64,000 nt of DNA from Octopus sinensis (taxonomy: Eukaryota). The notes beneath the pieces were generated by a model. It had not been told where the DNA came from. It saw nothing but the letters and a program-made list of their open reading frames with translations, and did no database searches. The stretch is from positions 992,001 through 1,056,000 of the forward strand of contig NC_043016.1 in NCBI RefSeq assembly GCF_006345805.1, given 5' to 3'. The stretch's first letter is position 1. Each line of letters opens with the position of its first letter. Made by a program: the position numbers and the translations under genes. Positions 27,269 through 41,189 of this stretch are shown one piece after another.

Positions 27269-30200
27269 ATGCTTAAATTAGGTTGTGTGAATGCGCGTGG
27301 CTTGGCCTCGGCTTGGAAGCAAGGTTACCTTCTAAACGACATCAAGTCACTGAACGTGGCTATAGTAGCAATCAGTGAAACCAGACTCAGCAAGCCGCGG
27401 GCCCTCGCGTCCATGTTTGGCGATCAATTTGACATTTATTTTTCCCCTGTCTGCCGAACATGGGTGGTGGAGGTACCGCGGTGCTTTTCGAAAGTGTCTA
27501 AATGTAAAGTAAGAACAATATTCTAGACCCGGAGGGTAGGCTGGTTGTCTTGGACGTGGATGGCAGAAATGGGTGTGCATTCCGTCTGATGGCAGTTTAT
27601 GCACCGTCCTTAACGGGTCGGGCGGATTTCTTCAGACGTCTAGAGGTTTTCCTGGGTACGTCTAGACCTTTACTGTTTGTAGGGGATTGGAACGCTACCT
27701 TGGACACGCATCTAGATTATGGGGAATGGATAGGAATAGAAGTGGTTGTAAGTGCCTCAAAGACCTACTCAGACGTTTCCATTTGTCTGACAGGTTCCGA
27801 CTCGACCATCCGAACGTGCTAACGTGGAATTGGACAAACGGTCGGATCGTCGTCGAGATCTTATCTAGATAGATTTCTATGCAGGACAGCGGATAGGGAT
27901 AGTGTAGAATGTCCACAATTTAAATAGTCAGCTACACAGATCACAAATTTGTGACGTGTACGCTCGACTTAGATAAGACACATAGACAGGGTCCCGGTTA
28001 CTGGAAACTGAACACGTCGCTCTTAGCGCGACAGGTTTACAGGAACCGATTAGCGAGTTAATTAAGAGGGCGCTGACGGGAGCCGTCGTTAACAACCGCT
28101 TGTGGTTCGCCCTGAAAATGGCAATAAAATCGGAATCAATTAGGTTTAGCAAGGAATTAGCGATAGATCGAAATAGAGTAGAGGGAGACCTGGTAAGAAA
28201 CTAGAAGGGGCACTTAGCACTGGCAGCGCAACCACGTGTGGCTGCGAGGATGGCCCTCGACCAACACCTCAACGTCAAGCACGAAGGTTGCGTCGTCAGA
28301 GCTAAAATGCGTGCCTTAAGAAACGAAGGGGAAGAGCTGCGCGAGAGGCCGGGTAGCGGAGGCGCAGCGTGGCAACAGAGCCACCATTCGGTCTCTAATA
28401 GATCAACAGGATGCAGTGTTACTCGAACCCGAACGGATGTGTGAGGCCTTTCAACAGCACTTTGCTCGACTGTTTGGTGCGAGTGGTGGGTCGGAACGCG
28501 GGATGGATCTCAGTGCCTACCTGACCGACCTGCAGCGGCTCTCGGCAAGAGAAGCGGAGTATTGTGAAAGTCCCATCACAGCCGCTGACGTGCAGGATGT
28601 GATGGCGAGCTGCGTGAGGGATAAGTCGCCTGGATTGGATGGTTTACCCTACGAGCTGTATTGTCAAATGCCAGAATTGTTTGGCGACCTCTTGGCATCA
28701 GTCTACTGCAACTGGCAACAAAATGGGAGAATCCTCGGTTTCGTGAGCTGAGGTGCAGTGACGTTGCTGAAGAAAGACCCAAACAAGGGGAATTTTATAG
28801 AAAATTTCAGGCCCATCACTCTGCTCAACGCAGATTTGAAAATTTTGGCCAAAGTAATAGCCGAGAGGTTGGCGCTTGTCATTGGTAAACTGGTCGACAG
28901 TGTGCAAACATGCGCCGTGCCGGGCAGAACCATACATGACAACCTCCATCTGATGCGCTACATTGTGGACAGGGTAGTTAAGGATCCTGGCATGGGTGGG
29001 GCTAATCAATTTGGATCAGTCTAAAGCCTTCGATAGGGTCGACCATCGGTACTTGGCGGCCGTCCTTAGGGCGGCTGGCTTCGGTCCCGTCTTCCGCGGT
29101 TGGATCGCTGCCTTGTATAGCGGCATCCGGTCGGTGATCGGGCGAACGGTCACCTGTCGAAACCGTTTGACATCACGCGTTCGGTCCGTCAGGGGTGTCC
29201 CCTGTCGGCGCTTCTGTATGTATTGACTCTCGAGCCGCTACAACGGAAGCTGGCCACACTGAGGGGCATCCCACGGGAACTGGGTTGCGGGACGAGCGTG
29301 TCGGCATATGCGTACGATGTCACCGTCATAGTGTCGAGCGACAAACACATCCAGATGATCGGCGAGACACTAAGAAAATACGAAACGGTGACGGGAGCGA
29401 ATATTAACCCCGAAAAGTCAGTGGGTTTGCTACTCGGCACCTGGAGAAGCAAGCCCATGCCATCCGACTGCGGCTCAGTAGTGGGACGCTGGACGGACGG
29501 ACCGGTTAAATTGCTCGGGGTCTGGTTCAGTCCGGACCTCCAAATGTATAGGAACTGGGACGAGATCACGAGTAGAGTGGTCGCTCTCAGCCAAACATGG
29601 GCCGAGAGAAAGCTGTCTCTAAAAGGCCAGGCGGAGGTGGCGAACTTGTACATCGCATCCGTCATCAATTACCGCCTGACCGCCGTACCTTGTCCCGACG
29701 CCACCATCACCAAACTGGAACGCATACTCTTCCGCTTCCTGTGGAAGGGTGGCATTCCGATGGCGAGGAAGTCCATTTGCTGTCAATTTGTTGAATGGAG
29801 TACTGGGCATGCCGTGGGTGATGATGCGCAGGCATGCGCTGAGACTGCGGCATCTCTGGAACTTCATCGACGTCGGTGAACAGGTGTGGGTGCCGTTTGT
29901 GAAGCGCGCCTTCCCGCAGCTCGTCTAACTGACCGAACTGCAAGCGTGGATCAAGAAGAGACCGAAACTGGGCGATTGGCACCGAGAGTACCGCCAAGCT
30001 CTACAGCAGCTCTGCCGACCGGGGTCAAACTTGTGCAACTTACAAACGACTAAAGCGTTCTATAGAGGACTAGTGGAGGGGAGGTCTGACGACACACGCG
30101 GGGCAAACCTGGGCGTCGACGAGAAATTCCAAACCCGCCTGTACGGGGCCTATGGATAACTTCCAGAAATCCCTGGCTTGGCAATGCTATCGAGACGCAC

Positions 30201-30646
30201 TACCTGTTCGAGAGAAGAGCTACAGGCACGGTTCGAAAACCATCACCGGACCGACATGCCCGAGATGTGGTCAGAGCGACGAAACCGTTCTGCACGCACT
30301 CGTACAGTGTCCAGATATTTCAGAGCTGTGGTCCTTCGTCGAACAGCTGTTGTCACGTGTAGGTCAGGCTCGCCTATCGGCCGAGTCTATCATATATATT
30401 GTTCCACCACCTTCCTTTAAACGGGAAGGGAAAACGGTTTTCGTTACGCTGATGGCTATGGCGAAAGAATGTGTGTGGTGGACGCTGTTTGAAAGGACTG
30501 CACAAACAAACACCTTCCTCTCTGGTCAGTCTCTCGTCAACTTTTTCAAGTACCACTTGAAAAGGAGGATGAGAATAGAGAGGAAGGCTTTGTCGAACGA
30601 ATGTTTTAATAAAAAGTGGGTAAAAGTGGCAAAAATGGTCAGATGA
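27269..30646 (+). pseudogene. Tx1 ORF2 (APE-RT-zinc finger), multiple frameshifts
   Basis: Collinear ORF fragments 27269, 27550, 28416, 28758, 28996, 29223 and 30152. Confidence 0.9.
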
Positions 30647-30955
30647 AAGACGACACTATTTTAAGCATAAATCTGTAACCAAAAGAGACAACGAGAAGTA
30701 AGGCGACTTACTCATGTGTTCATTTTCTATCTGAGGTGACCTTTGTCTTTTTTGTAGGTTTTTCTTTCCAAGGCTACACCTAAACTGTGACTTTATATAT
30801 ATATATTGCTATTTATACACCACCACACCCACAGATCCTATTGATCAAACGTTTTTTTTTTGTGCCCACCCATCCCCCTTGAAAAGAAAAAATTCTACAT
30901 TGTATTTCGTCCATTTGTATTCTGGTGTTTAGCCCTGTGTGGCTACAATAAAAAG

Positions 30956-31045
<90 letters not shown>

Positions 31046-31046
31046 C

Positions 31047-31081
<35 letters not shown>

Positions 31082-31371
31082 CTGTATATGTGTGTGTGCG
31101 TGCGCGCGCGTGTGTGTGTGTATGTTTGTTGTTCTGTGTTTGTCCCCCAACCATCGCTTGAAAACCGATACTGTTGTGTTTATGTCCCCTCGTAACTTAG
31201 TGGTTCGGCAAAAGAGGCCGATAAAATAAGTGCTAGGCTTAAAAAGAATAAGTTCTGGGGTTGATTTGCTCGACTAAAGGCGGTGCTCCAGCATGGCCAC
31301 AGTAAAATGACTGAAGCAAATAAAAGAATATGTATATACATACAAACACCAATGCTTGCATCTATGTTCGT

Positions 31372-31775
31372 AAGAGTGGCTGTGTGGTAAGTAGCTTGCT
31401 TGTGAACCACATGATTCCGGGTTCAGTCCCACTGCGTGACACCTTGGGCAAGTGTCTTCTACTATAGCCTCGCGCAGACCAAAGCCTTGTGAGTGGATTT
31501 GGTAGACGGAAACTGATAAGAAGCCTGTCGTATTAACGTATATATATGTGTGTATATGTGTGTGTGTGTGTGTCTGTGGTTGTCCCCTCAACATCGATTG
31601 ACAATCGATGCTAGTGTGTTTAAGTCCCCGTAACTTAGCGGTTCGACAAAAGAGACCGATAGAATAAGTACTAGGCTTACAAAGAATAAGTCCTGGGGTC
31701 GATTTGCTCGACTAAAAGCGGTGGTCCAGCATGGCCACAGTGAAATGACTGAAACAAATAAAGAGTAAAAGAGTA
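31372..31775 (+). mobile_element. SINE family A, full length
   Basis: Head, core, microsatellite and tail gcggtggtccagcatggccacag. Confidence 0.8.
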
Positions 31776-32750
31776 TATATATATATATATAATAGATATA
31801 CTTCTTTTTTCTAGCTTCAGCTCAGAGCTGCGGCCATGCTGATGCACCGCCGTGTATATATATATATATATAATATATATATATATATACATACACGCAA
31901 TATTTATATACCTAATGTTGCTTTAGTTCTGCAAGCTCCCAACTGCTTACCTTCACCACCCATTTGTACCTTTAGTTTAAAATTTTTGAATAAAAAAAAA
32001 CATCTTTCCTAAAAAAATTATAAAACTAACGCTTGATAATCTTGATTTATTTTGACGAAGTATTTCCTGACTCTTTTTACTTTACATGAAATGTTATGTG
32101 GTGGCTTTTATGCGTCTTATGAATTATTTACTGCATAACATATTCGCCAGCATTTTACGATTAATCAAATATTTCAGAAAAAAAGAAGAATGTCTTCACT
32201 ACATTCTTTTTAGAATTTTATAGCGCTCTTCTAATTTGGGTTGCGACTCAAATTAGAAACGTATAAACATGCCAGGACATCTAAACGTGTCTAAACATAG
32301 GATATGGTTGGCCAGCAACCTCGTAGACCTCGTCTGTCAGACGGCGCCGATCAGACATACACAAGATATGTGCAGAAACAAACTAGAATGGAATATTCGC
32401 TTATAGATAGACAATCTAATAGGTACTGACTTACTATAAATTAGTTAAATCTCCTTCAAAGTACACACTATTCTCTTAATCCCTTCCCCCATAAATGACA
32501 TTGTATAGTAATTTTACTCGATGATTAAAAACTAGGACATGATGGTCACAGTTGAAATTGGTTTTTGGATCATCAGGGCTGTTTTAGGGATTAAGCATCA
32601 TAATCAATAATTGGAAAGGTATACATAATACTGAAATACGCATGAAGTAAACACATGCAGACAAATATATTAACATAACAAATTTTAATAATACAATCAA
32701 TGAAGAGACAAAAGGAACAGTAAGATCATACATGGTGATTTTATTGAGTA

Positions 32751-33153
32751 CTAGCAGTATAGCCCGGCGTTGCTCAGGTTTGTTTTCTTTTCGACCCTTT
32801 AGAATTGGAATTTTTAAAAAGTAAAACTTTTGCATTATCTAGCTTGTTATTCTCTTTAAGTGAACATTTTTCTGATTGAAATACACCGAAAAATGGCGAC
32901 ACAGCAGTCAAAAAATCGTAAAAAATAAGGATTTTCATAGACAAAAGCACCTTTTTGATGTAAATAACTTTTGGTCTTAACATGGTCCAATTTGAATTTT
33001 TTCTTCTACAGAATGAAGAGCAAGCCTTCTTCTATCATACTCTCAATTTTGGTCAACTTACGCCGCAAGGTCTCGGAGGAGATAATGTTAGTTGAAGGCT
33101 ACCAAACCTGCCACACACACACACAGAGACAACTTCAGCTTTATATATATAGA
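32751..33153 (-). mobile_element. Non-autonomous Helitron
   Basis: A|TC start, hairpin plus CTAG|T end; termini shared with 17622-18005 but a different interior. Confidence 0.7.
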
Positions 33154-33408
33154 TATTTCTGTTTATTTAGAAACCTACAATGAACAGGTTCACTTGCTAA
33201 ACGATAAATTTCATAAGGTACAACCTTAAAGTTGACACTGCTCCGCTAAATGCAGAAAATTCCTGTCTCGCTATTGGCTAAAAATACAGTTTTTCGATTT
33301 TTAAATCTCTGTAACTTTTTCTCCAATTTGTTATTTTCTTTTAAAAAATGCAAATTTTGCGAATGAAAAAGAAAAAGATCCGATAGGATTATTATTATTA
33401 CTACCACC

Positions 33409-33452
<44 letters not shown>

Positions 33453-35031
33453 AACAACAACCAGTTGAGTACGGAAGTCGGTATAATCGATTTGTTCTCG
33501 TCTCCAAAATTTCAGGCCTTGTGTTGAAAGGATCATTATCATTATTGAAGACGCCGCATAGTTTCCGATATTGTGCCGTTATTGATTGAAGCTATTGTGT
33601 CTACTGGGGATTTGTTCTGTCTGTCAAGTCACAACAAGGACCTCGAACACAATATTTTACGCAATATGCGTGCACTTCCAAGTAAAGTCGATTGATTGTC
33701 TTTCATTTTGCTTGAAGTACATTTCTAGCCAAAGTGTCGGTTACTTTTGATGTCAAAATAGTATGAGAGGGGCCAAATGGGGTTGGGAATAACAACGGTC
33801 CATAAACTTTAATAAATTCTTTAGTCGTCACCAAATTCATATTCATGTTGCAGAGCAAAAAAGAAAATCTTCTGGTCCAGCCATTCCTTCTATAGGATTG
33901 GCGCCGGGTTTCTTGATTTATGCCTCCTTTTATTTCGTCAGTTTCTTGAAGCCGTCTTCTCGTAAGCCATTAATAATAAAAAAAAAAAATAATTGTGTTT
34001 TGTAATGCCTCAGCCGAGAATCGAACCTATCTCAGATTGTCGGTAGTTTACGGCACTTGTAAGAATAAATCATTGTTGATGAATGAATAAATAGGTTTCA
34101 CGTGTGAACAATAACAAGCAGAGCAGGTTCAAAGCAGAAAGATTGCTTTTGTTATGTTACATGGGGGAGCCTTTGTATAATTTTCTCCCTGTGCTCTCTT
34201 TACCGAGAAAAGAAAATACATCATGTGGAGCGGGAAGAAAAGCGTTTTCTACTTCTGAAAATAGAGATGCAGTCTATGCGAGCCATTGATTTATCTTAAA
34301 AGTTATTGTTATACTCACCGACGCCTCGTTTCAATTTATCGCTTTTAAAATAGACGTTTAACGTTTTTTTCTCTTAAACCTTTCAACCACTGTCAGAGGT
34401 TAACCAGCAACTTTTCTAAATGGTTGATTAATTTAGATATAAGGCGAAGCTACGACTGTTTGTATGTCGTAGAAACCGCCCTAGAACTTTCCCTATATAA
34501 TTTCCAGTTATGGTAATCTATGTTATAAAGGAGAGCAGATTTTATGTTGTAAAAATAGGGAATTGAAGGAAATACTTAAAACATAATGGATCACAAGTTT
34601 AATATAGAACAGTGAACTTTTTATATTAATTAAACATTGTTAATTAATGAAGCAATTTTTTTTTTTCATAAGATAGATGCAGGTACACTCTAGTATTTAA
34701 CAAAATTTGTTTCGCAAAAGCATTATTTTTGGTACTTTCGCAAGTACCTTTATGCTCAACAATATCCTTTATGCTCAACAGTACCTTGTGAGTGGAATTT
34801 AATACATGGAAATGGTACAAAAGCCTCACACACAAATGCATTCATACATATTATGCATATATGTGTGTGTGTGAACATGTGTAGATAAATCTATGCACGT
34901 ATATATTTATATATGAACATATGCACGTGTACATATATATGTAATGCATCTACCTATCTCTCTCTCTCGCTCTCTCTCTCTCTCTATCTATCGATCGATG
35001 CGTCCGTCCATCCATCCATCCATCTATCTAT

Positions 35032-35560
35032 CTGCGAATGTTTTAAAAAAAGATGGGTGAATGTAGCAAGGATGGCACGTATGAATGACGAAGCCACCTT
35101 GAGCATAATCCTATGAACCCAGAAACTGAAAACAGAGGGTTACCCACTTGCAAACAAATGTGGTAACAAATAACAATATTGACCAAGGTTACCGTGGTCT
35201 TTTTCGTAGGCTTTTCTTCCCACGGATAAACCTTACTTGCTTTCCCCTTACACCATATATCATAACATGTGATACACGATCCCTATTGAACGTTCTTTTT
35301 TCCTCTTCCCTATTTTTTTCCCTTTTTCTTCTTTTTTCATTTTCTTTCCTTTTGTTCCTTTTCCTTTCCTTTTTTCTTTTTATTCCTTTTATTTTATTCA
35401 TTTTTTTTTGTTTTTGTTCTTTTCTTCCCTTTTACGATCCCTCTTGATCGAAAACCTACGCCACCCTTTTTTTTGTTTTTTGTTCTCTTCATCCCCAAAA
35501 GAAAAGCTCTACCTTATAACTTGTCCATCTGTGTGCAGCCCTGTGTGGCCAATAAAGAAA
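35032..35560 (+). mobile_element. Tx1 subfamily B, 5'-truncated (ORF2 end and 3' UTR) in (TATC)n
   Basis: tatctatct|gcgaatgtttt (ECFKKRWVNVARMARMNDEATL) ... agccctgtgtggccaataaagaaac|tatctatc. Confidence 0.85.
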
Positions 35561-35579
35561 CTATCTATCTATCTATATA

Positions 35580-35616
<37 letters not shown>

Positions 35617-35670
35617 CATCTATCTATCTCCCTCTCTCTCTCTCTCTCTCTATCTATTCTATCTCTCCCT

Positions 35671-35703
<33 letters not shown>

Positions 35704-36269
35704 CCTATCTCTATCTATTTGCCATCTTAGTTGTATATATATATATTATAATATATATATATAATATATAATATATATATATATAATATATATATATAAT
35801 ATATATATACTACACACATAGATACTTACATGCATACGTACATATACATATTGTACGATACAAATCTGCTGTAGATTGATTTTGTTTTGCTATACTAAAC
35901 AGAATAAATCTATAGATCATCTTGCTAATAATGCTGAAACTTCTCATTATGACACAACTAATGTAAACTTTTAACTTGTTAACTCTTATCAGGTACAAAC
36001 ATGTACAGAACGAACTATTCGTGCGCAGATACACATTCACGCACGCAAACAAAAACGCACGCACACAAATACTCACACACATACATAAAGTTGATACGTG
36101 CATATCCACTTTAGTTTCTCCCTCATTTAAATTTTTTTCTTCATCTAAAGGCGGTGCTCCAGCATGGCCGCAGTCAAATGACTGAAACAAGTATAAGAGT
36201 AAAAGAGTAACTTGCTGCGGCTGCGGTTGATATTTTATCTTATACTTTAAAGATTGACATCGATTCTAC

Positions 36270-36325
36270 TCTTCTGCCGATTTCTTGATGAAAGACTATT
36301 GCTCGAAACGTAAGGAGTTCCTCTA
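36270..36325 (+). other. Degenerate minimal hammerhead-like motif (Penelope-like pLTR remnant)
   Basis: gatttct-TGATGA-aagactatttgctc-GAAACGT-a-aggagtt; stem I pairs with wobbles, stem II is damaged and C3 is missing. Confidence 0.35.
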
Positions 36326-36975
36326 TTTTTGTAATACGCTTCAATGATTACTTGTATACTATTGTGTTTGTCTTTTTCGTTCTTGATACTTTTCAATTTA
36401 TCCCCAAGTCTTTACGAGCAATCAGCTCTTGTGTATATGCGGTATTAAACAGAATCGCTAGATCCGTCACTTGATGCGAAATAGTAAGACTTAGCTGTTC
36501 AATAACAAAGACGTATAAAAGAAATGCAAACTCGAAAGAAATAATAATAGTCTGAAACATTTGATAGCAGTGTTCCAGCAAGGCTGCAGTTCACCAAAAA
36601 AGCAATGAAAGAACACACAAACACTCACAAACACACACATACACACACACATACACACACACACACACACACGCATTCACACATATGTAATGTATACACA
36701 ATACATACACACATTTATGTATAGTGTGTGCGCGTGTGTATTTGTGTGTGTGCATATGTCTGTACTTACACGGGTATACTCTCTTTTACTCTCCTTTACT
36801 TGTTTCAGTCATTTGACTGCGACCATGCTGGAGCACCGCCTTTTAGTCGAGCAAAGCGACCCCAGGACTTGTTCTTTGTAAGCCTAGTACTTATTCCATC
36901 GATCTCTTTTGCCGAACTGCTAAGTTACGAGGGACGTATACATACCAGCATCGGTTGTCAAGCGATGTTGGGTGG

Positions 36976-37188
36976 GTGAGCTGGCAGAAACGTTAGCACG
37001 CCGGGCGAAATGCGCAGCCGTATTTCGTCTGCCGTTACGTTCTGAGTTCAAATTCCGCCGAGGTCGACTTTGCCTTTCATCCTTTCGGAGTCGATAAATT
37101 AAGTACCAGTTACGCACTGGGGTCGATGTAATCGACTTAATCCCTTTGTCTGTCCTTGTTTGTCCCCCTTGTGGGTAGTAAAGAAATT
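36976..37188 (+). mobile_element. SINE family B nested in a minus-strand family A SINE
   Basis: Flanked by gatgttgggtgg at 36964-36975 and 37189-37200 (TSD). Confidence 0.8.
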
Positions 37189-37621
37189 GATGTTGGGTGG
37201 AGGACAAACACATATATAATAAAATAATTTAAAAAATTAAAATACGGTAAAATAACAAGCACTGGGGTCACTTCGCTTGGCCAGCATGGCCGCAGGCCAT
37301 TAATCGCAACAAGTAAAAGATAAAATCTAAATCGTCTTCTGGTACATTTTTTTTTTAATAAAAGGAAAAGCAATGAAACACTAAATGAATTTTCCTTCAA
37401 AAATCACAGTGAAGCATAAATCAATTCATTGAACATATTTTCTCAGATCAAATCTACAATGGAGTTGCTATTTTTAAATAGTATTTTAAGCCTCGGTAGC
37501 AACCCGACCGAAAGAGACTGTGGAATAAGTTGAGGCTTCACCAGTTTATAATCCAGTTTGTTCTGCGGTGTTCCTTGCATAGCATTAAAACCAAAAATGT
37601 TAGTGAGTGTGCGTATTTGTG

Positions 37622-37662
<41 letters not shown>

Positions 37663-38779
37663 GCGCATGGTCTGATTTTCTTATTTTATGTGCCGACAGC
37701 GTAAAGGAAAGGAAAACTGAAGACAATCGAAAATCGATTTGCTATGCAATAAATTATTTATCTGGTTTCTGATGTTCACATTCTGATGAGTGTTGAGTTG
37801 ATGTACCATCTAACATTTAGATCAATATTTTTCAACCATTTTTTTAACCTATGGACTCCTTTGATCTCTATTTCATTCAGATGTACCTCCATAGCCATTC
37901 AATATTTAGAAAAATCCTCTTATATTTTTTGAATGAAATATAATTAGGAATTGTATTAAAAAAACTATTATGTATACATACATACACACACACTCACACC
38001 ATTCTGACCTCCATACAGACACACATATACACACACATGCACACACACAGCACCGTGACAAATGCCAATCACGCACATACATACACATACACACACAACA
38101 CCAAGACAATCACACACACGGTTGACAAACGGGCACACATATACACACACACCATCCTACCAAATTTTACAAACACACAGACACATCTATTCACACCACA
38201 TATGTATATACACACACACAAAGACACACACACTCGCACCATTCTGATCTCTAAAGACCAATCCCCCAAATCATTGATGCGTGAAAGAGAGACAAAAAGA
38301 AGAAATTATTTCAGCTCCATATTATTCTTCCTCCCCCAAACTCACACAGTGTCTCTGAAATAGAAAATAGTCTTTTACGAAACAGGTGGACAGGTCAGTT
38401 GAGCTTCCCTACTACTATAATGTAAACTTTTTTGAACTCATACTTCTGTGTGTGTATATCATATTCCACTGAACTTTTTAATAATTCCTTCTGGAAACTA
38501 TCTTTAACATTTTCTTGAGAATGTATATTTATGTTGTAATCTTGTGTGCCCAATATAAGGAACTGTTAAACTTCCTTATGTCCTTAACATGTTCTTGTTG
38601 CCCAAGACTGTCTATATGAAGTAGCATTTTGTAACAACCAATAATTAACACAACCAGACTTTACATGTTACATTTGACAATCTTTTTCTAAAAAAGTAAA
38701 TAAACATCTTTTAAAATTGCATTTTCAAACCTTCTTCGTATATAATTCCACTCGAGCGGTACCTTACAACTCCACTTTG

Positions 38780-38835
<56 letters not shown>

Positions 38836-39087
38836 GGCAAATAAGAAAATGGAGAGTATACAAAACGGCATACATCATCCGATAGACGTTCCAGTGTATC
38901 TATTTATTCCAAAGCTAATGCAAGTATTAGAAGAAAACATACACGTGTAGTAATTGTTACCACACACATGGAACTGATCTTTTGATCTGCTCTTTTCTGT
39001 AATATTATTATTACATGAGTGTGTAACATAGTTACTACATGTGTGTAGTGTGTGCTCTATCTATCTCAATCTATCTATCTATCTATC

Positions 39088-39242
<155 letters not shown>

Positions 39243-39409
39243 AGATATGAACAATTGCAGCATGAAGATGTTTATAAGCCATTTAAAACACACAAAATTC
39301 GTTAGATTCACTTCAACATTTAAATTTAATTTGTCAAAATATTTTCGTCGCTTTGAAAAGACGACACAATTCCGTGCTGCATCTGAGAAAGTAACAGTTA
39401 GTTCATGAT

Positions 39410-39845
39410 ATGTATGTACGTATGTATGTATGTATGTATGTATGTATGTATGTATGTATGTATGTATGTATGTATGTATGTATGTATGTATGTATGTATG
39501 TATGTATGTGTGTATGTATGTGTGTGTATGTATGTATGTATGCATGTACGCATGTATGTACGTACGTACGTATGTATGTGTGTATGTATGTATGTATGCA
39601 TGCATGTACGTATGTATGTATGTATGTATGTATGTATGTGTGTATGTAAGTATGTAAGTATGTATGTATGTATGTATGTAAGTATGTATGTATGTAAGTA
39701 TGTAAGTATGTATGTATGTATGTATGTATGTATGTATGAATGTGTGCATGTAAATATGTGCGTTTCCATATGTGTACATGCGTATGCATGCGTGCACACC
39801 TATATGTATGTATGTACGTTTGTATATATGTATGTATGTGTGTGT
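39410..39845. repeat. (TATG)n microsatellite array
   Basis: Direct inspection. Confidence 0.95.
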
Positions 39846-40084
39846 ACGTGTGTGTGTACAACAAAACGAAGAGGGAAACCCAAGAGTTTGTCACTAATTA
39901 AATTTCTGTTTTCGTTGTAGATACAACAAAGAATTTTTACAAGATATATTGGTTTACGAAAGAGCTTCTACGTAGCCACTCCTTCCAGTCACATCATGCT
40001 GTATTATGTACAGAAGTAAGTACATGTGCACGAGCGTGTGTATACGTGTGTTTTTGTGTGTGTATGTGCGTTTGTGTGTATCTA

Positions 40085-40600
40085 TATTTGTATATAGTCA
40101 GGTCACTTCGAGTGCTACTGGTAACAGGTAACCCAGTACAACCTGTTGCATGGTCGGGTCGTCGGCGACTAAACCGGCAACCCACTAAGCTGCTTGGTGA
40201 GGAGGGTGTTTATTGGACACCCTGCGGGCTGAAAAAACAAAACCCGTCAAAGGGCGAGGAGAACTCTTGAGAGTCACCGGCCATCCAATAAATGTCTTAA
40301 GGCTGAATCATGACATAGAAATAATCAGACTGAATACCCGATCGCATCCTTCTAGGAGAAGATAACTCAGGTAACTGGGATAACTCCGACATAAAACCTG
40401 CGGCTCAGTGGTTACCGATGATGTTGACTTGTTCTTCTTTTCGGATTATGGCTGCTGTTGCTTAGTGAGTGGGATTGACTCTGTGCACAGCCTTTACTCA
40501 CTTTAAAAACAATCTTTTTGCACAGACATTGCACGATAACAACATTGATTAAGCTTCGTGCAATGGCCATACTCGATAACGAGGGGGCAGCCACCATATT
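40085..40600 (+). mobile_element. Probable RTE-type 5' UTR or non-autonomous derivative
   Basis: GC-richer block (ggtcgggtcgtcggcgactaaaccggcaacc...aacccgtcaaagggcgagg) upstream of RTE ORF2; its 3' part is repeated at 24640-25000. Confidence 0.4.
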
Positions 40601-40894
40601 TGTATATACGAATGTGCCAACGATAGAGAACTCCGCAAAGTAGTTTGATCTGATAAAAATATTATTTCCATATCCTTCAAACCGCACGTTATTATTGTCT
40701 TACGTACGAGTTTACGTGTTAGTTAGACCTGATATAAATAGCAGCGAAAACTCCCTAAAATCACAAGATCTCTTCTAACGAGCTAATGTAGTAGTTTTCC
40801 TTGCAAATACGTATGAAAAAGATGGGATGGTCACAAATGGAATGCACTTGGTCAAAGATCTGTTTCTCTACAGTAGATATAGAGCAACAAAGAC

Positions 40895-41117
40895 GGATCT
40901 ATTCGGTTTGAACGGCAGTTTTTAACATAATTTCTAGGTAACTAAAAAATTTTAAACTTCGTATGCTGGTAGAATGTGTTTATAAAACATCTTTTTCTAT
41001 TGGCTTTATTGAGAAAATTCTATAGTTTGTAAGATATTTGTTTTTTTTTTCTGCAATTTCCTCAATTTCAACCAATCGATGACGTTAAAAAGCATTCTGT
41101 GCCGTATGAATATGTCC
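40895..41117. mobile_element. Truncated arm of the telomeric-repeat MITE family
   Basis: ggatctattcggtttgaacggcag... matches the first ~225 bp of 23283 and 56659. Confidence 0.85.
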
Positions 41118-41189
41118 ACGTAACACACATTTTTTAAAACAAGAGCACATAAATACACTTACAATATATATATATATATCTCGTCATCT

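Larger units (their letters stand above)
25129..30956 (+). mobile_element. Near full-length Tx1/L1-clade LINE (subfamily A) flanked by (TATC)n
   Basis: ORF1 remnant with zinc knuckle RCYNCGSPDNLIAKC; ORF2 with APE (LGCVNARGL, AISETRL, LFVGDWN), RT (FRPITLLNADLKIL, LDQSKAFDRVDH, AYAYDVT) and CPRCG...ETVLHALVQC; ends agccctgtgtggctacaataaaaagt|(tatc)n. The 5' boundary is inferred. Confidence 0.88.

Noticed and set aside
33990-34050. tRNA-like 3' half on the minus strand (ggttcgattctcggctgaggca)
   Set aside because: Imperfect T-stem and no D or anticodon arm; at most a SINE or tRNA relic.
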